From NCBI GenBank assembly GCA_964352215.1, contig CAYGRE010000002.1, forward strand, positions 22,353 to 86,352: 64,000 bases of DNA. The letters are read 5' to 3'. The notes beneath the pieces are model-generated. The model was given only the letters and a program-made list of their open reading frames with translations, made no database searches and was not told the origin of the DNA. The position numbers and the translations under genes are program-made. Below are positions 57,670 to 64,000 of the stretch, in pieces (positions within the stretch are counted from its first letter, which is position 1; the number at the start of each line of letters is the position of its first letter). The DNA comes from an uncultured Bacteroidia bacterium. GTDB taxonomy: Bacteria > Bacteroidota > Bacteroidia > J057 > JADKCL01.

Positions 57670-59124
57670 CTATTCGGTCATTTCTCCCTGACCCTTCATC
57701 TCCGAAGAACCTTTTTCTCCGGTCGGCCAACGCTTTGGTTTCATCTGAATGATGTATCCGGTCATGAGCATCAAAGGCAGCCAGATGGCGTTCTCGGTGC
57801 TGAGGTCGTTGAAAAAACCGTGCACGATCCAGGTTCCCAGCGCAAAGGCAATGCAGGCCCCATATACCCGTCCTAAAATTTCGTATTTAATCAGACGGTA
57901 CAGAACGACCATAACCCAGACAATATAGCCGATGAACATCAGGGTAGCGGGCAGACCTCTCTCCGCGAGGCGGGTGAGGTATTCTGAATGAGCACCCCCA
58001 TTCCAGCCGTACCAATAGCTGATTTGCTCCACTTCTTCCATGCTTTCCAACTTAAACTTGAACCGTTTGTCAAAGCGGCCAGGCTGTATACCCAGGAAAG
58101 GACTGTCTGCAAACAAGCGGAAGGCCATTTTCCAACGGATAATCCTTTCCCGGTTGGAGAAGTTGTACTCGGTATCGACGATGGATTTCAATTGCTCCAC
58201 CCCACTGTCCTTGCGCAATGCCTCCTCCTGCCTCTCCGAATCGTAGGTCCAATAAATTAAGGTGACCATTCCCACCACCAGAAACCCTGCGATCGCGAGC
58301 CGCTGTCTGGTCTTTTGGCTCAAATACCAGGCGAAAAAGACAATTCCTCCTGCGAGTCCGACCCAGGCACCCCGGGATTGGAACCAGATGATGCCAAAGA
58401 GAAAGAAGCCTGCTATTCCCCAACCCAGCCACCGCAACCAATCCCGGCGGCTCCATCCGATCCATATCATAAACGGCAGACCGATCGAGAGGGCTGCAGA
58501 AAAGTAATTGGCATTTTCAAAGAAGGGAATGGGCGCTCCTTTGCCTCCATGGGGACTGAAGAGCAAACTGTAGACCAATACGATCCAGAGTCCACAGGAA
58601 AATACAACCATCCATTCCAGGGCCAGTAGTTTCTGCTGTTTGTGACGGATCAGCCAAGCAAAAATACCTATGGCAATCACCATCTCATTGAGAATGGGCC
58701 AAATGGCATCATTGTGAAACCGCTGAAAAAAGAGAGAGGCGTATCCCATCACGAAGTACAAAATCAGCAGGATATGGTTTTGCCCTGAAAAGTTCCCATA
58801 GGGCCCTCGCCAGTATTTGGGGGTGATTTTTGCGATGAGCCACACCCCGACAAAAACTCCAGTTGCAACAACCGTAATTGCGTAGTCCTCATATCCATCG
58901 GGATAATTGATTTTCAATGCCATCATCCCTGCTAGCATCAGGCCAGCCCATTGATTCTCCTGGATAATCAGCAGCGCCAGAAATATAAAAAACGCCAGCC
59001 CGGTGACCGCCCCGATCCCCACACTAAAATGGTCATCGAAAGAAGGGACAATAACAGTTCCAATCCCGGCTATTGCACCAGCAACAACGATCCACCAATT
59101 GGTACGGGCGCGTTCAAACAGCAT
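57670..59124 (-). CDS. O-antigen ligase/polymerase-family (Wzy_C) polytopic membrane protein.
   Basis: It has about 12 TM helices and the Wzy_C hallmark FQSRGAWVGLAGG. Confidence 0.6.
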   Translation of the reverse strand: MLFERARTNWWIVVAGAIAGIGTVIVPSFDDHFSVGIGAVTGLAFFIFLALLIIQENQWAGLMLAGMMALKINYPDGYEDYAITVVATGVFVGVWLIAKITPKYWRGPYGNFSGQNHILLILYFVMGYASLFFQRFHNDAIWPILNEMVIAIGIFAWLIRHKQQKLLALEWMVVFSCGLWIVLVYSLLFSPHGGKGAPIPFFENANYFSAALSIGLPFMIWIGWSRRDWLRWLGWGIAGFFLFGIIWFQSRGAWVGLAGGIVFFAWYLSQKTRQRLAIAGFLVVGMVTLIYWTYDSERQEEALRKDSGVEQLKSIVDTEYNFSNRERIIRWKMAFRLFADSPFLGIQPGRFDKRFKFKLESMEEVEQISYWYGWNGGAHSEYLTRLAERGLPATLMFIGYIVWVMVVLYRLIKYEILGRVYGACIAFALGTWIVHGFFNDLSTENAIWLPLMLMTGYIIQMKPKRWPTGEKGSSEMKGQGEMTE

Positions 59125-59125
59125 G

Positions 59126-60004
59126 TCAGTTCGGGGTGAGGATTTCGCGTATGTTCTTTCGGATATTCATGGCCATCCCATCCGTGTCGAGGTCGTTGGC
59201 GTCATACCCAAAAGGGTCTTCGATCTCTTCCCCAATCAGTTCCAGCCCGGTCAGTACATAGGCGGTAAACATGACCATGGGAATGGTCCAATAATGCAGG
59301 GAGTTGATGATACTGAAGGGGAGGGACAGCAAATAGAAAATGATCACTTTCTTGACGTACATGCTGTAAGAAAAGGGAATGGGAGTTTTTCGGATGCGTT
59401 CACAGGCTCCCAATACATCCACCATTGCAGACACATCTTCGTTGAGTACACGGTATTGGTCCCCATTGATGAGGCGGTCCCGGAGCATCTTGTTCATACG
59501 GTCCTGCATACTCCCGGCCAGGGCATTGGGGATATGGCCGACTTTCGTCACCTTCTCCCGGTAGGGCATGTCCTCCAGGTCCAATTCTTCCAATTCAACG
59601 CCTTCCCGCAGGTGCTCTTTGAGGGCAAAATAGAAGTTGGAAATGGTTTTGCTGAAAAATCGGCGGGCTTCCAGGTCTTCTTCGGGAAGCATCGAATGGA
59701 GCTTTAGGGCCAGGTTGCGGGAATGGTTGGTCAGGGCTCCAAACTGTTTCCGTCCTTCCCACCAGCGGTCATAAGCAGTATTGGTTCGGAAAACCAGTAC
59801 CAATCCGAGGACAATTCCTACATAGGCATGGATGTTCACACCGGGGGGGACACTGAGTTCAACAATCCCTTCGAGGAAGAGATAACACAGCCCACCGGCA
59901 ATGGCCCCCACCACCAATAATGTGGGTAATATATTGCGCATCAGGCTGGACTTGTGGAAGTTGAAGACCAGTCTGGCCCAGCTCTTAGGATTGTAGTCGA
60001 TCAT
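59126..60004 (-). CDS. Bestrophin-family (YneE/UPF0187) putative anion channel.
   Basis: The hallmark RTNTAYDRWWEGRKQFG is present, with 4 TM helices and a length of 292 aa. Confidence 0.75.
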   Translation of the reverse strand: MIDYNPKSWARLVFNFHKSSLMRNILPTLLVVGAIAGGLCYLFLEGIVELSVPPGVNIHAYVGIVLGLVLVFRTNTAYDRWWEGRKQFGALTNHSRNLALKLHSMLPEEDLEARRFFSKTISNFYFALKEHLREGVELEELDLEDMPYREKVTKVGHIPNALAGSMQDRMNKMLRDRLINGDQYRVLNEDVSAMVDVLGACERIRKTPIPFSYSMYVKKVIIFYLLSLPFSIINSLHYWTIPMVMFTAYVLTGLELIGEEIEDPFGYDANDLDTDGMAMNIRKNIREILTPN

Positions 60005-60218
60005 AAATCAAATTTCATCAAAAATATCCAATGTCCAATTTGGACCAAATCCTTACCTGCGGATACACTTTTCCACGTACCCTGTGCAAAAGTAAATTGC
60101 TATTGTGTCAGATCGATATCTTATCTTATTGTCATTGGATTCTGAAATGTTTAGATCAGCGGGACGCCCCGCTACTCATTGGATTATTTAGTATTGGTAT
60201 TGTTTTTATAGGATTAAG

Positions 60219-60854
60219 ATGAAATCAACAGGTTCTGGTTTAATGCAACCGCTTGTAGTTTTGGCGGTATTGTGCACCCTTGTTTTGCCCTTAAATGCTC
60301 AAAATTCCGGTCCCTTCTGTGCGAACCGGATATTCACCAGCAGCGAAAATGGAAGTACCAATACCTGGTACGAACCCGGTTTGGCCCGCTGCGACGATGA
60401 CGCTTCCTTTGCGACGACGGATCTTCTGAACAATGGACAGATCTCTTCATATATTATTTTTGAAAATTTTGGCCTTTCAGTGCCCCAGGAGGCGACCGTT
60501 GAAGGGATCGAAGTGGTGGTGATCCGTCGGAGCCACCAAGCGGCTCGTCTTTCGGACAGGAGTGTGCGTTTGATCAGGAACGGCCGTCTGGTCGGTCAGG
60601 ATCAGCGCTCCTCCGAACCCTGGGAGGAAAACTGGGAGGCGGTGTACTATGGAGGCGAAGACCAAACCTGGGGCAGTGCATGGGTTCCTACCTTGGTCAA
60701 TAGTTCGCAGTTTGGGGTGGCTATTTCAGTAGAACAGTTAGGAGGTAGCTCCCGTGCTGAGATCGACGAAGTATTGATCACGGTGTATTATTCTGAAGAT
60801 GGTGCAGTCGGCGCCAGTCATATTCAGCGCACCTGTCTGCCCGCACCCTATTAA
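60219..60854 (+). CDS. Secreted hypothetical protein.
   Basis: The signal peptide is LVVLAVLCTLVLPLNAQ. No recognisable domain was found. Confidence 0.4.
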   Translation: MKSTGSGLMQPLVVLAVLCTLVLPLNAQNSGPFCANRIFTSSENGSTNTWYEPGLARCDDDASFATTDLLNNGQISSYIIFENFGLSVPQEATVEGIEVVVIRRSHQAARLSDRSVRLIRNGRLVGQDQRSSEPWEENWEAVYYGGEDQTWGSAWVPTLVNSSQFGVAISVEQLGGSSRAEIDEVLITVYYSEDGAVGASHIQRTCLPAPY

Positions 60855-60881
60855 ATCACCCGGTTCTCCGTAAATTGCTGC

Positions 60882-61847
60882 ATGGTGACGTTCCCCGATC
60901 CCATGCGGATATTTTCTCAATCGCAGTCCTTTGAGGCCCTTTCTGAAGAGGTCTGGCAATTCCAATTGGCACATAACCCTGTCATCCACCGGTTTTGTCA
61001 ACTCCTCGGAACAGCGCATCAGACCTTCGTACCGATCCAGTTCTTCAAACAATATGAGATGGTCACGGCTGGCCCCTGGGAGGCCGAGGCAGTTTTCCGC
61101 AGCAGTGGAACCACCGGACAGCAGCCCAGTCAGCATTTTGTACGTGACCTCAGCCTCTACCATGCCTCTCACCTGAATGCTTTCCGCCATTTCTACGGCA
61201 CCGGTGAACGTTCGATTTTCGCCCTATTACCGAATTACCTGGAGCGGGGAGATTCCTCTCTGGTGCGAATGGTTCAGGATTGGATCACTGAGATGGGCTT
61301 GCCCGGTAGTGGCTTCTACCTCTATGACCTCGACGCCTTGCAGCAGGCTCTGGTTGAGGCATTGGAGCGTGGGGAGCGTATCCTGCTAATCGGTGTAAGC
61401 TTTGCCCTGCTCGACTTTGTGGAGCAAAATCAGATCGCCCTCCCTCCTGATGCGATTGTCATGGAAACGGGTGGTATGAAGGGGCGCCGCAAGGAAATGG
61501 TGCGGGAGGAATTGCATGGTATTCTGCGGGAAGGTCTGGGGGTGACGCAAATCCATTCTGAGTATGGGATGACCGAATTGCTGAGCCAGGCGTATGCCAG
61601 GGGCGGAAGCCGGTTCCGCTGTCCTCCCTGGATGAAGGTGGTGATCACCGATCCTTACATTCCCGGCCGGGAGGCTGCCCTGGGACGCACCGGCCGCATC
61701 AATGTGATCGACCTTGCCAATGTCTATTCCTCTGCATTTATTCAGACTGAAGACCTGGGCCGGGCGCATCCAGATGGCAGTTTTGAAGTATTGGGCCGCA
61801 TGGACCATGCGGAGTTGCGGGGTTGCAACCTGATGGTGGCGGATTAA
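60882..61847 (+). CDS. LuxE/PaaK-family acyl-protein synthetase-like 'acyl transferase'.
   Basis: RSSGTTGQQPS (AMP-binding-like SSGTTG loop), METGGMKGRRKEM and the overall ~320-aa architecture are typical of Bacteroidetes LuxE-like proteins. Confidence 0.55.
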   Translation: MVTFPDPMRIFSQSQSFEALSEEVWQFQLAHNPVIHRFCQLLGTAHQTFVPIQFFKQYEMVTAGPWEAEAVFRSSGTTGQQPSQHFVRDLSLYHASHLNAFRHFYGTGERSIFALLPNYLERGDSSLVRMVQDWITEMGLPGSGFYLYDLDALQQALVEALERGERILLIGVSFALLDFVEQNQIALPPDAIVMETGGMKGRRKEMVREELHGILREGLGVTQIHSEYGMTELLSQAYARGGSRFRCPPWMKVVITDPYIPGREAALGRTGRINVIDLANVYSSAFIQTEDLGRAHPDGSFEVLGRMDHAELRGCNLMVAD

Positions 61848-61901
61848 AACCAGAAATGGGTAGATAAACCCGGCGGGTAAACCGGAGCTTCACCCAGGGT
61901 A

Positions 61902-63152
61902 TCAAATCCCGGAATCATCACGGCTGTTCTCATCCCGCTCCTGTTGCTCCTGCATCTCCTTCTGCTCCTGCGCTTCCTTTTCTGTCATCAGCGGTAACCG
62001 CTTGTAGGGTTTGGTGCGGTCAAACAAGTAACGCATGGTATGGTAGGTCTTGTAGATTTCCCCGCCAACGTCCTGGGCTACTTTGAGCATCTTAACATTG
62101 AAGTCCCCAATCCAGACCATTTCCATGTGGTTCCAGAAATTCACCGGGTGGATCTTGAGGCTGGCAGCATGGATTATGCCTCCATCTACCCCTTTCCCTT
62201 GTTGACTGGGCACAACCCCAAATACAATTCCATAACACTTGCTGGATACCCGGCGCTTGATTCTGAAAAAGGTCTTGACCTTCTGAATCAAGCCAAACTT
62301 TCCATTGAAGTCTTTGAAGATCTGGTTCATGTCGGGGATCATGATGAAGAAGGCGATGGGCTCATTCTTATAATAGCCAAACCAAGCCAATTCGGGAGCC
62401 AGGATCGGCTTCAATGATTTGAACAACTTCATGGCCTGTTCCCGGCGCATCTTCTTGAAGTTGGCATGACCGCCCCAGGCATTGTTGTATATATGAAGAA
62501 AGTCTTCGCCAAACTTGACCAGGTCTTTCTTGCGGTAGTGTTCAAAATGGTAATCTCCCTCCTCCATCAGCCGGTTGTACTTCACGGTAAACTTTTCCTG
62601 AACGGGGTCGAGGATATTGCGCTGCAGGACAAACTGCTTGAAGTACATCTGCCACCCATAGTTCTCGAACAACTTCACATAGTAGGGTGGATTGTAATTC
62701 ATTTGGTAAACCGGCTCATAGAAGCCTTCTACCAGGAGTCCCCACCAGGCATTCCGGTCCCCAAAATTGATGGGACCATCCATAGCCTCCATCCCTTTGT
62801 TGCTTAACCATTTTTTACAGACATTGAACAGGTAATTGGCTGCCTCCTGGTCATCAATGCATTCAAAGAAGCCCATTCCACCAGTGGGTTGTTCTTCAGT
62901 ATGAGAAGTGCGTTCATTGATAAATGCTGCAACTCTCCCAATCGTTTCCCCGGTGCTGCTGCGCAGTACCCACCTAATGGCTTTCCCATGGCGCCAAAAC
63001 TTATTTTTGGCTGGGTCAAATACAAATTCGATGTCCTTGTCCAGGGGGCGAATGAAATTGGGGTCATCTTTGTGCAGCCGCGAAGGCAAATCCAAAAAGT
63101 CCCTTACCCGTTGTTTATCGTCGCGCTTGACTTCTATTAACTTCATATCCAT
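61902..63152 (-). CDS. GNAT-family N-acyltransferase-like protein.
   Basis: The acetyl-CoA pyrophosphate-binding motif SQQGKGVDGGII (Q/RxxGxG/A) is present. The start was chosen at MDMKLIEVK, although 63158 and 63146 are alternative start codons. Confidence 0.45.
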   Translation of the reverse strand: MDMKLIEVKRDDKQRVRDFLDLPSRLHKDDPNFIRPLDKDIEFVFDPAKNKFWRHGKAIRWVLRSSTGETIGRVAAFINERTSHTEEQPTGGMGFFECIDDQEAANYLFNVCKKWLSNKGMEAMDGPINFGDRNAWWGLLVEGFYEPVYQMNYNPPYYVKLFENYGWQMYFKQFVLQRNILDPVQEKFTVKYNRLMEEGDYHFEHYRKKDLVKFGEDFLHIYNNAWGGHANFKKMRREQAMKLFKSLKPILAPELAWFGYYKNEPIAFFIMIPDMNQIFKDFNGKFGLIQKVKTFFRIKRRVSSKCYGIVFGVVPSQQGKGVDGGIIHAASLKIHPVNFWNHMEMVWIGDFNVKMLKVAQDVGGEIYKTYHTMRYLFDRTKPYKRLPLMTEKEAQEQKEMQEQQERDENSRDDSGI

Positions 63153-63198
63153 AATCATTCCTGACACAAAATTGAATAAGGAGGATTGAAAAGGCAAA

Positions 63199-64000
63199 TC
63201 ATTTTCCGACGTTCATGCTTTCCTGGTTGGCTTGGACAGTCTCGGCGAATAGTTGCCGCATCGGTTTGCCGATTCTTTTACTTTCCACCCAAAACTGCAC
63301 TTCACTCAGTCCCAGGAGTGGGATTCCCCCAGAGGATTGCTCAATCAGTCCCTGAATTTCCTTCTGAAGCTCTTCGAGGGCCTGAAGCTTTCTTTCCCTC
63401 TCAGGGAGACTCATCAGTTTTTCCAGGCATTTGATCACGGCAGACTCAAACTCCCAGAGCCGGGGGCTCTTTTTAAAATACCGCTTGCCGGAACGAGCCA
63501 GGTATTCGTTGAGTTGGAAATTACCCAGTTCAAATTGGAGAATAACCTGGAGTACCCTGGCAAAATCCAGAATATCCGTACGGACCTTGCGGGTTGGGAA
63601 GTTCAAAATACGCAGTACATAGGGATAGGCCTTTTGCGGTTCACCAGCAAAAAACTGCATCACGGCAAAGTTGTGCAAAAAGGGGAGTTGGTGGGCATCT
63701 TTCAGTTTGCGCTGGTTGGCTTCCATCCAGGATTCTATTTCCGGGATCAGGGAACTTGCAAGTTCAAAATTGGCAGTATTCAAAGCCAGGTTGAACCGGT
63801 TGTGGTAGATCAACCGTTGAAAGTGGATGGCATGCTTCTCCCCCAACAGATTAAAATCCGGTATCATCTCCAGATAAAGATGGGCTTCTTCCACTGTAAT
63901 GGGACTGGTAAAGATTGCTATCTGAAAATTATAACAAATTCGCATGAAGAGTTGAGGCTTTTCGCTGAGCCACTCCGGGTTTTGAGACCAGTCACTGATA
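63199..64000 (-). CDS. Hypothetical protein whose N-terminal part lies beyond the window end.
   Basis: The minus-strand frame stays open through position 64000 (...ISDWSQNPEWLSEKPQLFMRICYN...). The product is helical with no recognisable family. Confidence 0.4.
   Translation of the reverse strand, partial: ISDWSQNPEWLSEKPQLFMRICYNFQIAIFTSPITVEEAHLYLEMIPDFNLLGEKHAIHFQRLIYHNRFNLALNTANFELASSLIPEIESWMEANQRKLKDAHQLPFLHNFAVMQFFAGEPQKAYPYVLRILNFPTRKVRTDILDFARVLQVILQFELGNFQLNEYLARSGKRYFKKSPRLWEFESAVIKCLEKLMSLPERERKLQALEELQKEIQGLIEQSSGGIPLLGLSEVQFWVESKRIGKPMRQLFAETVQANQESMNVGK

Overview
This 64 kb window looks like chromosomal DNA from a Bacteroidota organism (Saprospiraceae- or Cytophagia-like, roughly 50-55% GC). 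The evidence is five large secreted proteins with type IX secretion (T9SS) C-terminal sorting domains, matches to the Bacteroidetes promoter consensus (TTG ... TAnnTTTG), lipoprotein and DUF4159/DUF2141/DUF4249-type genes, and a TonB-dependent receptor with a carboxypeptidase-regulatory-like N-terminus. Housekeeping genes are present: lepA, folD, nadC, nadE, and ABC-2 transporter, O-antigen-ligase-like and bestrophin-like genes. No rRNA, convincing tRNA, CRISPR array, transposase or integrase was seen.

The most striking locus is a same-strand, tightly spaced five-gene cluster at 29858-38809. It encodes a YqiJ/NfeD-like membrane protein, a 53-aa unannotated transmembrane micro-protein (start overlapping the upstream stop, TAAATG), a flotillin (SPFH, band 7) protein, a 1627-aa coiled-coil protein ending in an AAA_5 (MoxR/dynein-like) ATPase domain, and a 244-aa hypothetical protein. 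This looks like an expanded flotillin/NfeD module and is a candidate for a previously undescribed membrane-microdomain remodelling or defence-like machine.

Downstream, 38.8-45.1 kb is an accessory-looking island. It contains a toxin-like protein with an eCIS/DUF4157-style N-terminal leader and a conserved His ... Cys pair, followed by a TPR protein that could be its immunity partner. A frameshifted paralog of the same leader sits further on. There is also a 1.3 kb ORF-free region packed with palindromic tandem repeats, and a roughly 600 bp array of about 27 tandem 22-bp hairpin units between convergent genes. The array is not a CRISPR.

Other notable structures: a nest of perfect palindromes upstream of a Fic-family gene, a 33-bp direct duplication of the 3' end of an M43 protease gene, a 19-bp tandem repeat in a divergent promoter region, and an M16-like/OmpA fusion.
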